In this document: piece by piece, positions 36,599 to 46,808 of the stretch | Layout: every line of letters starts with the position of its first letter | Numbering within the stretch: position 1 is the first letter of the stretch | NCBI GenBank assembly: GCA_965218795.1 | Contig: OZ244653.1 | Coordinates: 1,152,001 to 1,216,000 of the forward strand | Direction: 5' to 3' | Length of the DNA stretch: 64,000 bases | Source of the DNA: a bacterium | GTDB taxonomy: Bacteria > UBA8248 > JACPRG01 > G963555815 | Notes under the pieces: model-generated | The model's input: only the letters and a program-made list of their open reading frames with translations | Told to the model about the DNA's origin: nothing | Databases searched by the model: none | Made by a program: the position numbers and the translations under genes

Positions 36599-36845
36599 TA
36601 ATCATTCGGTCTGGAGACGAACGATTCGCGCGTGGGGGAACCCGCTTCGAACCGCCCGCCCGATGAGTGTGCCCGGGGCGTTCAGGTCATCCACGGAGAG
36701 CGTCGTTCCCGGCGCTTTCTCCAGAGCGTCCTGAAAAGTGACCGAGGACCCCGCCCAATGATTGAGGGCTCCCCCCCCCCCCCCGCGCGCTGTCCTCGGC
36801 CTCTGTCAAACCCCGCGTTTTCCTCCCGGGCGTCGAACCTCGCCG

Positions 36846-37904
36846 CTACCCTTTCAAGTCATTGAGGATATCCAGCATCTCGACCTTGACGTCCTTTTGA
36901 TTTTTGAGCACTTCGGCCAGCGGCACCGCCACGATATCCTCCCCTTTGAGGGCCGCCATGACGCGGTCTTTCCCGGCCAACAGGAATTTCACTGCGTCCA
37001 CGCCCATTCGGCTCGCCAGAACGCGATCACGCGCCGAGGGTGAGCCGCCCCGCTGGATATAGCCGAGGATGCTGACGCGTGAGTCCAGGCGCAGGTCTTC
37101 CCTCACCAGGTCCGCGGTCTCTTGCGCCCCGCCCAACTCGTCTCCTTCCGCGACCACAACGATGAAACTTCGCTTGCCCCGGTCGAAGGCGTCTTTGATC
37201 TCGATGAGAAAGTTCTCCAGGTCGGAGCGGGTCTCGGGAATGAAAACCTCCTCCGCGCCGCCGGCGACGGCGACGTCCAGGGCCAGACCGCCGGCATTGC
37301 GACCCATCACCTCTACAAAGAAAAGCCGCTCATGGGAAAAAGCCGTATCCCGGATTCGGTCGATGGCCTCCATGGCCGTGTTCACCGCAGTGTCATACCC
37401 GATGGTGCAATCGGTTCCGTAGATGTCGTTGTCGATGGTGCCGGGAATGACGACGACCGGGATGCCCTGCTCCCGGGAGAGCAGCTCCGCCCCCCGGAAG
37501 GTCCCGTCCCCCCCGATGGCGATCAGACCCTGGACGTTCTTCGCCCGAAGATTTTTTGCCGCCTGCGCCCTGCCCTCCTCCGTCAGGAAGGGCTTGCACC
37601 GGGAAGTCTCAAGGATGGTCCCGCCGCGCTGGATGATGCCCCGGACGTCGGAACAGGAAAGGCGTTGGATGTTGTCGTCAATCAGACCCCAGTAGCCCCG
37701 GCGGGCGCCGAAGACCTCGAATCCCCTGCACTCTGCAGCGCGAACGACCGCCCGGATCGCGGCGTTCATGCCGGGCGCGTCCCCGCCGCTGGTCAGGATG
37801 GCCAGTGTCCTCTCGAGGGCGGGCACCGAAGCTCTTTGGGCCGGAACCTCCGCCGGCTTGGAAGGGGACCCGTCGGCCGGTTCAGGTGGAGGAGTAGAAG
37901 GCAT
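36846..37904 (-). CDS. pfkA: ATP-dependent 6-phosphofructokinase
   Basis: TSGGDAPGMNAA, GGDGTF, PGTIDND, EVMGR. Confidence 0.96.
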   Translation of the reverse strand: MPSTPPPEPADGSPSKPAEVPAQRASVPALERTLAILTSGGDAPGMNAAIRAVVRAAECRGFEVFGARRGYWGLIDDNIQRLSCSDVRGIIQRGGTILETSRCKPFLTEEGRAQAAKNLRAKNVQGLIAIGGDGTFRGAELLSREQGIPVVVIPGTIDNDIYGTDCTIGYDTAVNTAMEAIDRIRDTAFSHERLFFVEVMGRNAGGLALDVAVAGGAEEVFIPETRSDLENFLIEIKDAFDRGKRSFIVVVAEGDELGGAQETADLVREDLRLDSRVSILGYIQRGGSPSARDRVLASRMGVDAVKFLLAGKDRVMAALKGEDIVAVPLAEVLKNQKDVKVEMLDILNDLKG

Positions 37905-37933
37905 GGATGGAAATCCGCTCGAATGGCTGGGAG

Positions 37934-38941
37934 CTAGCGCTTTCCCTGGTAGAATTCCTCAGCCAGCTCAACGTCTTCCTTGGATCCGATCAGAAGCGGG
38001 CTGCGCTGGTGAAGAGCCTTCGGCTCCACGGCCATGATCCGTTCATGGCCCGTGCTTGCCTCGCCCCCGGCCTGCTCCACGATGTATGCGAGGGGGCTGC
38101 ATTCATACAAAAGGCGGAGCTTCCCGCCCGGGCTCCTCTTATCGCCGGGATAGAGAAATATTCCGCCCTTCAGCAGGTTCCGGTGAAAGTCCGCAACCAG
38201 TGACCCGATATACCGGCCCGAGTACGGCCTGTCAGTCTCCTGGTCTTCCGATTTGACGTAGGCCACATAGCGCTCGGTCTCTTCAGTCCAGTGGGAGGAG
38301 TTTCCTTCGTTGATGCTGTATATCTTGCCCTTTGGCGGAATCCGGATTTGGGGGTGGGAGAGAAAAAATTCGCCGATCTGCGGATCCAGAGTAAACCCGC
38401 AAACGCCGTCCCCGGTCGTGTAGACCAGCATGACGCTGGAGCCGTAAATGATGTATCCCGCGGCCACCTGCTCGTCCCCCTTCTGGACGCAGTCACTCGG
38501 CTCGCCCCGTTTCGAGGTGCTCCTTTTCCGGAAGATGGAAAAAATCGTTCCAATACTCACATTGACGTCGATATTGGAGGATCCGTCCAACGGGTCGTAC
38601 ACGAGAGCGTAATCCCCGGCAGGAAACCGGTCCGGTATCATAAAGGCCTCGTTCATTTCCTCGGAGGCCATCGCGCAGAGATACCCTCCATGGTCGAGGC
38701 AGTTTCGGATTGTGATATTGGCGAACTCGTCGAGTTTCTGAACCTCCTCGCCCTGGATGTTCATTTTCCCCGTCAGGCCGAGGATATCCGCCAGGCCGGC
38801 CTTGTTCACCTTGCTGTAAATGATCTTGCCCGCAAGAGCAATCTGCGTCAGAAGCCCGGTCAGGAACCCTTGCGCCTCGGGAAATTTCGCCTGCTCCTCG
38901 ACGATACAGCGCTCCAGGGTCATTCCGACGTCGCGCGTCAC
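37934..38941 (-). CDS. fbp: Class 1 fructose-1,6-bisphosphatase
   Basis: GEEVQKLD, ASEE, DPLDGSSNID, RYIGSLVAD, GKLRLLYE. Confidence 0.96.
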   Translation of the reverse strand: MTRDVGMTLERCIVEEQAKFPEAQGFLTGLLTQIALAGKIIYSKVNKAGLADILGLTGKMNIQGEEVQKLDEFANITIRNCLDHGGYLCAMASEEMNEAFMIPDRFPAGDYALVYDPLDGSSNIDVNVSIGTIFSIFRKRSTSKRGEPSDCVQKGDEQVAAGYIIYGSSVMLVYTTGDGVCGFTLDPQIGEFFLSHPQIRIPPKGKIYSINEGNSSHWTEETERYVAYVKSEDQETDRPYSGRYIGSLVADFHRNLLKGGIFLYPGDKRSPGGKLRLLYECSPLAYIVEQAGGEASTGHERIMAVEPKALHQRSPLLIGSKEDVELAEEFYQGKR

Positions 38942-38955
38942 GGGCCGGTCCTTCT

Positions 38956-40344
38956 CTATCCGGAAAGCGCCGCCGGAGACAGGATCTCGACGGCTACGGG
39001 GTTGACCGCGCGGTCCACGGCCTCCCGGGTATTGACGACGTTCAACTTGTCAAACAGGAACGTAAATTGCTTCTCCAGATCGCTTCGAATAACGGCTCGC
39101 ACCTCCTCGGACAGACCCCCAAGCTGCATCTTGAAGGGCCCGAACGCGCGTTTCCTCTCCTTGTAGAACAGCTGTTCGTCCGTGTCGCCCTCCTTCCGGG
39201 AGCTTTCAAACGTCTCCATGACCCAGCCCCGCATATCCTTGAACAGATCCTCCGGCAACCGCTCGTAGATCATGTTTTGAAAAGCTGTCGCCAAATGGAC
39301 CTCGGAAGCGCCGGACCGGACGAACTGGTCGAAGGCCTCCTCCGGCAGCGTGGACGCCCCGTGCTGAACCGCGCCGCTCAACCGATACTTCTCCCGACAG
39401 AGTGTGGAGATCTCCCGGAGGGCGTCGAAGTCAATGCTGGCCTGGGCCATCGTGCCGTCCGGAAGAACCACTCCCCCGTGACTGGTGCCGGTCTGGATGC
39501 TGAGCTTGCTGATTCCGACGGAATCTTCGCCGAATGACGCGAGCGTTTCGTTGTAGTTGTCGATGAAGGTCTCCGCCTCCTCCACCGTCGTGTTCTTCCC
39601 CCCCACTTCGCCGACCTCGCCGCCGACGGAAACCGTCACGCCCTCCGGCTCGTTCTCGCGGATGAAGCGGGTGAGCTCGGCAGCCTTTTCAAAATTCAGG
39701 CGTTGCTGCTCCTGGACGGTCGGCCGGCTCAGGTCGACGAGGGTCGAAGAGTCGATATCGATGTTGTAAAACCCGGCTTCGAGGGCCTCCCGGATCAGAT
39801 CGCGGATGGCGCCGATTTCCTTTTCCGGATCCTCCAGGAATTTCTTGGCGTTGACCTGGAAGTGATCGCCCTGGATGAAAATCGGACCCCGGTAACCCTC
39901 TTTGATAGCGGCGGCGAGCACCGAAGCCGAATATTCGGCGGGCCTCTGCTCGGTATAACCGATCTCGGATCTGGCAATCTCGAAGAGGAACGCGCCCACC
40001 GAATTGGCCTGAGCCGCCCGAATGATTGACCGGGCCACGTCCACGGTGAGCCCGCGAACGTTGATGGCCGGTGTGGTAACCCCCCCCGCCTCCCCCCGGC
40101 CCATGGCCGTGTAGAGGTCATGAATCGAGGCGGGCAGGATCCCCTGGGCCGCCGCAACGCTGCGGATAAGCCAACGGCAGTAGTCCCTCATATCCTCGGC
40201 TGCATGATGGACCGCGTGCCACGACACCTGATCGATCAGGTCTCCCCGCAAGCGGGTCTCGTCCTCAACCCGGACTGATCCGTTCTCACCGACCGCGACG
40301 ATTCCCGTCAGGGCCGTCTGACAATCGCGTCTGTCCGCCCACAT
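38956..40344 (-). CDS. Class II fructose-bisphosphate aldolase, long form
   Basis: PAINVR, EIARSE, QGDHFQ, GGEVGEVG, TGTSHGG, VQHGAS. Confidence 0.88.
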   Translation of the reverse strand: MWADRRDCQTALTGIVAVGENGSVRVEDETRLRGDLIDQVSWHAVHHAAEDMRDYCRWLIRSVAAAQGILPASIHDLYTAMGRGEAGGVTTPAINVRGLTVDVARSIIRAAQANSVGAFLFEIARSEIGYTEQRPAEYSASVLAAAIKEGYRGPIFIQGDHFQVNAKKFLEDPEKEIGAIRDLIREALEAGFYNIDIDSSTLVDLSRPTVQEQQRLNFEKAAELTRFIRENEPEGVTVSVGGEVGEVGGKNTTVEEAETFIDNYNETLASFGEDSVGISKLSIQTGTSHGGVVLPDGTMAQASIDFDALREISTLCREKYRLSGAVQHGASTLPEEAFDQFVRSGASEVHLATAFQNMIYERLPEDLFKDMRGWVMETFESSRKEGDTDEQLFYKERKRAFGPFKMQLGGLSEEVRAVIRSDLEKQFTFLFDKLNVVNTREAVDRAVNPVAVEILSPAALSG

Positions 40345-40984
40345 CGTCCTTTTCCTCGGCAATGAAACGCTTCTTCGAGGCCCCCCCCCTGACAGTCAGA
40401 TCCTCCAAAGGCTGTCTGGTTCATTATCGACGGCGCCCACCGCCTCGATCGGCGTCGGCCCGCCGCGCCCGACCTGCCCCAAAACCTAATCATACATGAA
40501 AAAATGACCGTCAGGTCACCCGCCACGCTCACCCCCGCCACAAACCACATGAGCCTCTCGATCCAGTTGCAAACCACAGAGATCAGAAGCAGGACGAAGA
40601 AGAACAGGATGGTCGCGCGCGCCCAAAACAGACTCCCGGACTTGGGCGTCCACCCCAACGGCAAACCGGTCGGCTCGGCCAGGGATGTGCTCCCGCTACG
40701 GCATAAGCGCCGAACCACAGTGAGATGCAAAGCAGGTCGAGCCAGAGGAATCCGGCCGAAGGCGGGACTCATGCGGTGAAACCGGACGAACATCGTCTCC
40801 CCCCCCGTATTCACCGTACAACGGCCGGTCCCCGCGGTGATCCAAAGTTGCATCAATCCCGCGGGAATCAGGAGTCCGAGCCAGTGCGTCCCATACTTGG
40901 CGGTGAGGTGAGAAGTCACGAATTGGATAGAACGAAAAACAGGCAGGAAAGACGGGATCCTTCAGCTCCCGGAGCCCATCACCA

Positions 40985-41380
40985 TCAATTCCTGGACACC
41001 CGGACGAGGTAGCGGAAGCGGTAGGTTCTCATCTTCGCTTTGACCCTCACGGCCAGATCCAGACCGATGGTCCGCTGATTCAGGCTGGACGCGATGGTTC
41101 TCCGCCGTTCCGCCATCTGATCCGCATTAGCTGCGCTGCTTGGGATGTATCGCTCGCTATCGTAATCCCATACGGGCAGGATGGGGAGGACCACGTGGCG
41201 AATGGGTCCGCCGAGCACGTTCTCCGCGGGGATGATGGAATCATCGTGGAAGCCGCTCGGCGTGATGGTCACGGGGGGCTGGGGTTTGCCTCGGTTGCGG
41301 AACGGGGTCTTTTGATGGATGACGGTCTTGGCCGCGCCGGTCTCGCTGACGTAGCGGGATGCGTCCCAGTCGATGCTCAT
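40985..41380 (-). CDS. Hypothetical protein, probably a 5'-truncated exported protein
   Basis: Protein-like ORF; the frame stays open upstream (FCIRNNTAAL) with no clear RBS. Confidence 0.4.
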   Translation of the reverse strand: MSIDWDASRYVSETGAAKTVIHQKTPFRNRGKPQPPVTITPSGFHDDSIIPAENVLGGPIRHVVLPILPVWDYDSERYIPSSAANADQMAERRRTIASSLNQRTIGLDLAVRVKAKMRTYRFRYLVRVSRN

Positions 41381-41489
41381 CAGCGCTGCCGTATTGTTGC
41401 GGATACAAAACGGCCGGGGGACAGGCGCTCACCCCGGCCGTCTCATCGCGCATCCGAATTGAACGCTCAACCTCCCCTGGAAGACCGGG

Positions 41490-42752
41490 TCAGCCGATGC
41501 ACTCGTCGTAATGCTCCATCATGGTGAAGATGACCGGGCCGTCGCCCGAAACCAGAACATTTTCTTCCAGACGAACGGTCTGCTCCAGCCCCGGATGCCC
41601 GGCGAAGGTCTCGATGGCGAAGTACATGTTCTCCTGGAGCTCGACGGGGTAGTCCAGCGAATAGGCCCGGGAGATCCACATGCCCTCGTAAAGAGACAGG
41701 CCGATGCTGTGCGCGAACTGCTGAAGGGTCACGGTGCCGTACTTGTCGTCGTCATAGACCGGGAAGTTCTCGGCGACGTCGCGCGTGGTCTTACCCGGAC
41801 GAAGCTGTTCGAGACCGGCGTACATGGAATCGTACACCTCCCTGTAGAGGTCCTTCTCCTTGGCCGTCCATTTTCCACCCACCTTGAAGCAGCGGACGTA
41901 GTCGACGAAATAGCCGCCCGGACCGATGGCGTTGATGTCCACGACCACCAGGTCTCCATCCCGGATCATTCGGTCGGTGTGCCAACGCCGGTACGGGCTG
42001 GTGTTGCCCCCCGAGGCCACGATGATGTCGTACACGAAGTCGAACCCCTCGGCGTAGAGAAACTCGTTGACCTTGGCCGTGATATCGGCTTCCTTGATCC
42101 CGGGCTTCAGCCATTCATACTTGATCTTCCACATGGCCGCGTCGCCCACGGTAGAGGATATCTTCAGGCACTCGATCTCCTCGGGCGTCTTGACCACCCG
42201 GGCTTCGCTCAGCGCCGGCCAGGCGTTGACCAGGTTGATGCCCTTGTTGGTGAAGGCCTGGTAGGCCCGCATGTCCATGATGTCGATGCCGACCTTCCCC
42301 TTGTCCACGTTGTGCTCTTTGAGGACGTCGATGACGCTGTCCACCATCCGGTTGACCATCATCTCCTCGGCCGACTCGGACCACTTCCAAGTAATGGCGG
42401 GGCGGATCCGGCCCTCCAGCCAAGGCGCGTCGATCTTCGCGCACTGAAGGTCGGACCCCGCCGTCTCGAACAGGATCGGATCGGCCCCGCGGGGAAGAAC
42501 GGCGTACCGGATGAAAATGTTGTTCTTCCAGTTCCCTTGATAGACCGAGCAGGTATACCGGACGTTTTCGCCGACGTACATGACCAGTGCGTCGATGTCA
42601 TGCTTTTCCATCATGTCTTTGGCGCGCTGGAGGCGGTTTTTTCGGATGCTGTCATGATCGACCCGCATCTGCCAGTCGGTCCCCGTGACGCTGAAGTTCC
42701 GGCGGGGGGACCAGTGATGGGGTTTCTGCAGAAAGCTCAGATCCATGCTCAT
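41490..42752 (-). CDS. M24-family (Xaa-Pro peptidase/creatinase-like) hydrolase
   Basis: ENVRY, RVVKTPEEI, VDIN..GYFVD..R, HSIGL, IET, RLEE. GAAGGAGA RBS. Confidence 0.9.
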   Translation of the reverse strand: MSMDLSFLQKPHHWSPRRNFSVTGTDWQMRVDHDSIRKNRLQRAKDMMEKHDIDALVMYVGENVRYTCSVYQGNWKNNIFIRYAVLPRGADPILFETAGSDLQCAKIDAPWLEGRIRPAITWKWSESAEEMMVNRMVDSVIDVLKEHNVDKGKVGIDIMDMRAYQAFTNKGINLVNAWPALSEARVVKTPEEIECLKISSTVGDAAMWKIKYEWLKPGIKEADITAKVNEFLYAEGFDFVYDIIVASGGNTSPYRRWHTDRMIRDGDLVVVDINAIGPGGYFVDYVRCFKVGGKWTAKEKDLYREVYDSMYAGLEQLRPGKTTRDVAENFPVYDDDKYGTVTLQQFAHSIGLSLYEGMWISRAYSLDYPVELQENMYFAIETFAGHPGLEQTVRLEENVLVSGDGPVIFTMMEHYDECIG

Positions 42753-42920
42753 GAAACAGGTCTCCTTCTCCGGGAGGCGAACGCTCCCCGGAGGGTGTTG
42801 AATGAAAGGACCCCAATATTTTTGGAATCGGGTCTGAAAATCAAACTGTTCGCCGAAACCTACCAGATTCGAAAGATCAATACAACCTGACCAGGAGGCC
42901 TTAGTCATTCAGAATGACAA

Positions 42921-44111
42921 CTAATGCAGGAATGAATAGGTCTTGTCTTTGGGAAGCTCGCTCACCCGACGGAAAAAATCAGTCTCGGTGATTGTGGTCG
43001 GCCAATCCAAATTAACGGCCAGAAAGAATTGCTCGTCATCATCCTCGTACCATTCGACGGCGGAAAGGCCGATGAGATGACATAGATCCCGGATTAAGGC
43101 CTTCCGAGGGGACTTCAAAGAATCATAGACGCTTTTCGTTTCATCAATGATTTCATCCAGAAGCATGCCGTCATCATGAGTCAACAGAAGATTCAGAATC
43201 TCCATCTGTCGATCAGCGATAATCCTCTTCCGTTTGGATACCAGACGATGAAAGAGATTGAGGGCCATGCTGCGGAAAAGTTCCTTTGACACCTCTTTAC
43301 GGATGACAGAAAGGAGCCGCTGGCTTTGAATTTTTATTCCTTTCAGGCCAAATTTCAGAAAGGAGGTTAGATCGTGATGATTTGCACGGGTTTCCCGTAA
43401 AGCTTCCAGATACGATTTCTTTTCGTCATAGTAGTAGTTTGACATGGCGATAAAACATGTATCTCGCAAACCGGCTCTTTGCAACATCAAGGCTTCCAAT
43501 GCGCGCGCCGTTCTGCCATTTCCATCAAGAAAAGGGTGCAGCGCGGCAAGATGGTAATGGGCCGCCAGGGCCTGAACCAGTTGGTCGTGATTCTGGTAGT
43601 TATTCTGCAAGGTCTCAACGAAAAGAGAAAAGGCTTCAGCGCAGTTGGAACCACCTTCCACGCCGCGGTGAGGCGGCATACCTAAAGTCACATTTTGGTC
43701 ATATCCCCGAAGCTCTCCGGGAGGACAGTGGTCATCATCTGCCTGATCAACGATTCGGCGGTGAATTTCTCGAATCAGGTCAGCGTTCATAGGGCGATCA
43801 TCAGGAAGCGCAGCAATCCAGCGGTATGTTCTAACGGCGGCACGCGCTTGGCGCTGTGAACGGGTAATGAGTTCTTCGGGTGATTCCTTCATTGCAGCAT
43901 CAAGCTCTCCCTCAGTAAAATCCGCGCCTTCAATTCTTGATGTGCCTGCTACTTCGCGCTTTAATTCCATTTGTTGAAGCGATTCAACCCAGTCCTTCTG
44001 ATACGGGATTGCCTGCAAAGAGAGTACGACGGCTTTAGCACCCACCAAGAAGCCTGCGATTTCACCGATATCGTAGTGTAGCCAGTTGTCAGGCAAGGTG
44101 TATTTAATCAT
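42921..44111 (-). CDS. Fic-family protein with N-terminal inhibitory motif
   Basis: HPFLDGNGRTAR; TSRIEG fits (S/T)xxxE(G/N). More AT-rich than its flanks. Confidence 0.92.
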   Translation of the reverse strand: MIKYTLPDNWLHYDIGEIAGFLVGAKAVVLSLQAIPYQKDWVESLQQMELKREVAGTSRIEGADFTEGELDAAMKESPEELITRSQRQARAAVRTYRWIAALPDDRPMNADLIREIHRRIVDQADDDHCPPGELRGYDQNVTLGMPPHRGVEGGSNCAEAFSLFVETLQNNYQNHDQLVQALAAHYHLAALHPFLDGNGRTARALEALMLQRAGLRDTCFIAMSNYYYDEKKSYLEALRETRANHHDLTSFLKFGLKGIKIQSQRLLSVIRKEVSKELFRSMALNLFHRLVSKRKRIIADRQMEILNLLLTHDDGMLLDEIIDETKSVYDSLKSPRKALIRDLCHLIGLSAVEWYEDDDEQFFLAVNLDWPTTITETDFFRRVSELPKDKTYSFLH

Positions 44112-44344
44112 AGGACAAATATATGGCCGATTCGTTTCTGTGCCAATTAATTATAAATTTTTGATTTTAAATGGATTAACATAAAATAAGAAGAAATAAT
44201 TGCGTGTTTATTTCCAATAGCAGTCGATTCGTTTCCGGTTCATTTCCTCATTTTTGGCCTGTAGATACTGGTGGCAGAATCAAAATAGATCACTATCCAT
44301 AGGGAGGGATCCACGGGCCCCGCAAAGCCCGGGAAGACGACTCG

Positions 44345-45352
44345 TCAGTCGTGGTCTCCGCCGATGTCGACGATCACCCCGACGCCCCTCTCCACGGCGC
44401 GGCGCTCGATATGCCGGGCGGTGACGAGATCCTGAATGGGCACCCCCATGGATTTGTAATAAGTGATCTCGTCATCCGATGCTCGGCCCTCCCGCTTGCC
44501 GTCCACCACGTCGGCGATGCCGGCGACGTCCTGTTTGCGGATAATGCCTTCCGTGATGGGGACGAGAAGATCGCCCGCGTCGCTCATGCAATCGGCGATG
44601 CTGTCCACCACCCATTTGGAGGCCCGGCGAATCGTTTCAGAATCCACTTCCCGCGCGTGAGGATCGTAGGCCCCGGCCGCGACGACAAAGGTTCCGGCCT
44701 TCAGGGCGGAGCCCGGGAAGACCGGATCGTGCGCGGTTGTGGCCGCCACGACAATGTCGGCGTTGCTCACCGCGGCTTCACGGGATTCAACCATCTCAAT
44801 ATCGGAGGGCACCTTCCCGCTCCACCCCGACATCCGCTCGATGAACTCCCGCCCCCGCTTCTCCGTCCGGGTGGAGAGCCAGACCTTTTTCAAGGGACAA
44901 ACCTCCGCGATGGCCTGCAACTGGTTCCGCGCCACGCGGCCCGCCCCGATGATGGCGATCACCTCGCTGTCCTTCCGCGCCAGATGCCGGGCGGCCAGGC
45001 CCGTCCCCGCACCCGTGCGGAGATCGGTCAGGTGCCCCCCCTCCATCACCGTCGCGGGACAGCCCGTATCGCCATCGAACAAGGCCACCAGCGCCGTCAT
45101 CCGCGGTACGCCTTTCTTCTCGTTATCATAAAAATCCGATACCACTTTGACCCCGTACCCCTTCCCCTCTTTCAGAAACGAGGGGTTGAAGATGGCGATG
45201 CCGGGGGGGGACTCGGATACCGCGTAGCTTCTCAGGCCCTCGACGGAACGGTCCTGCGCCAGGATCTGGAAGGCCTCGGCCTGAACGTCGATGGCCTCGG
45301 ACATGCTCAACAGCGACCGGACGTCCTGCTCGGTGAGAATGCGAAGTTTCAT
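44345..45352 (-). CDS. Ornithine cyclodeaminase/mu-crystallin family protein
   Basis: GVKVVS, LTDLRTGA, IIGAG, YKSMG..IQD. Confidence 0.92.
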   Translation of the reverse strand: MKLRILTEQDVRSLLSMSEAIDVQAEAFQILAQDRSVEGLRSYAVSESPPGIAIFNPSFLKEGKGYGVKVVSDFYDNEKKGVPRMTALVALFDGDTGCPATVMEGGHLTDLRTGAGTGLAARHLARKDSEVIAIIGAGRVARNQLQAIAEVCPLKKVWLSTRTEKRGREFIERMSGWSGKVPSDIEMVESREAAVSNADIVVAATTAHDPVFPGSALKAGTFVVAAGAYDPHAREVDSETIRRASKWVVDSIADCMSDAGDLLVPITEGIIRKQDVAGIADVVDGKREGRASDDEITYYKSMGVPIQDLVTARHIERRAVERGVGVIVDIGGDHD

Positions 45353-45377
45353 CGTCGCCTTTTGATCAAGAGAGGCA

Positions 45378-46790
45378 CTATTCGACCGGCCATTGCGTCT
45401 TGTTCAGATGGCCGAGCCCGGCCCGCTTGAGGATGGTCCGCCCGCACTTCTCGACTTCCTTCAGCAGGGCCGATTCGTCGATCCCCAGCACCTTTCCACC
45501 CTCCATGACGATCCTTCCATCGATGACGGCGGTATCGGCATTGATTCCGTTGGAAGCGTGGACGAGATTGAACAGGGGGTTGAACCGCGGGTACCACTCG
45601 GGGCCGGACATGTCGAACATCACGAGGTCGGCCTTCTTTCCCTTCTCCAGCGATCCGATCTCATCTTCCCAGAGGGCGCTTTTGGCCCCGTTGATCGTCG
45701 CCATCTCGATGACGGTCTCGATGCTCATCACGCTGGGGTCCAGCCGGGCGTCCCGGTGGCCGTTGGCCGCCAGATACATGTTCTTGACGATATCCACGAA
45801 TCCGCCCGCGGGAGAGGCGTCCGAGCCGAGGCAGACCGTGAGCCCCATCTCGATCATCTCCGGAAAGCTTCCGTGAGTGAAATTTCCGTAACCCAGATGC
45901 ATCGTACAGCTGGGGCAATGGCAGACCTTGATGTCATATCGCTGCAAAAGCTTCATTTCCTTGGGCCGGACCCATCCCATGTGAATGAGGAGCCAATTCG
46001 GTCCCCATGCGCCCAGCTTCTCGATCCGCTCGAACTCGCTCAACCCGTGATCGTACAAAGAAGAAGTAAGCTGCTCGAAGACCGAGGCCACGTGGCTCTG
46101 AATCAGGGCGCCGCGCTTTTCCGCCAGTTGGTGAACGCCTCGTATCAGACGGTCCGAGCAGTTGGAAGGGATGCGCAGGTTGAACCCCCCGCGGAAACGT
46201 CCGCCGCAGGCGCCGTTCCAATCCTCGAAGTCCTTTTCCGCGCGCTTCAGGGCCTGGGACGTCGTCTGCGTGAACAGCCGGTCCGGCAGCTTTCCAAAGG
46301 GCTTCTGGCCCTGGTCGTACGTGCTGCGGCAGAAAACGCCACGCATGCCGGTCTGGTCCGTCGCCCGGGCCAGCTCCCGCGGGAAGTAGTTCGCCGTTTC
46401 GATAAAGGTGGTCGCGCCGGAGCGCAGCATTTCCCATTGGCAATGGAGCGATGAGATGTATGCCTCCTCGGGCGTCATAACGGCCTCGAAGGGGTAGATG
46501 AAGTGCATCAGCCACGGGCGGACGAACATCTGGTCCCCGACTCCCCGGGCCAGGTGCTGGGTGTGGTGGATGTGGCCCTCCACCATGCCCGGGAGAACCA
46601 GTTTCCCTTTGGCCGGGACCGTCTTCGCCGCGCGCCGTCCGTACTTGGCCTTGAGGTCTCTCGACTTGCCCACCTCGAGGATCCGGTCCCCGCGAATCGC
46701 AACGGCCCCGTTTCGGATCACGCGCCTCTTCCTGTCGACGGTGACGACATGGTCGGCGTCGACAATCAGCAGATCAACCATCTCGGGCAT
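45378..46790 (-). CDS. Atz/Trz/MTA-SAH-deaminase-like amidohydrolase
   Basis: PGMVEGHIH, HCPS, LGSD, ATINGAK, GSLEKGKKAD. Confidence 0.9.
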   Translation of the reverse strand: MPEMVDLLIVDADHVVTVDRKRRVIRNGAVAIRGDRILEVGKSRDLKAKYGRRAAKTVPAKGKLVLPGMVEGHIHHTQHLARGVGDQMFVRPWLMHFIYPFEAVMTPEEAYISSLHCQWEMLRSGATTFIETANYFPRELARATDQTGMRGVFCRSTYDQGQKPFGKLPDRLFTQTTSQALKRAEKDFEDWNGACGGRFRGGFNLRIPSNCSDRLIRGVHQLAEKRGALIQSHVASVFEQLTSSLYDHGLSEFERIEKLGAWGPNWLLIHMGWVRPKEMKLLQRYDIKVCHCPSCTMHLGYGNFTHGSFPEMIEMGLTVCLGSDASPAGGFVDIVKNMYLAANGHRDARLDPSVMSIETVIEMATINGAKSALWEDEIGSLEKGKKADLVMFDMSGPEWYPRFNPLFNLVHASNGINADTAVIDGRIVMEGGKVLGIDESALLKEVEKCGRTILKRAGLGHLNKTQWPVE

Positions 46791-46808
46791 ACCCTCCTGG
46801 AATGCGCT

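Noticed and set aside
40308-40980. Membrane-protein ORF, possibly a CDP-alcohol phosphatidyltransferase remnant
   Set aside because: Only a hydrophobic patch with no DG..AR signature; too weak to call.
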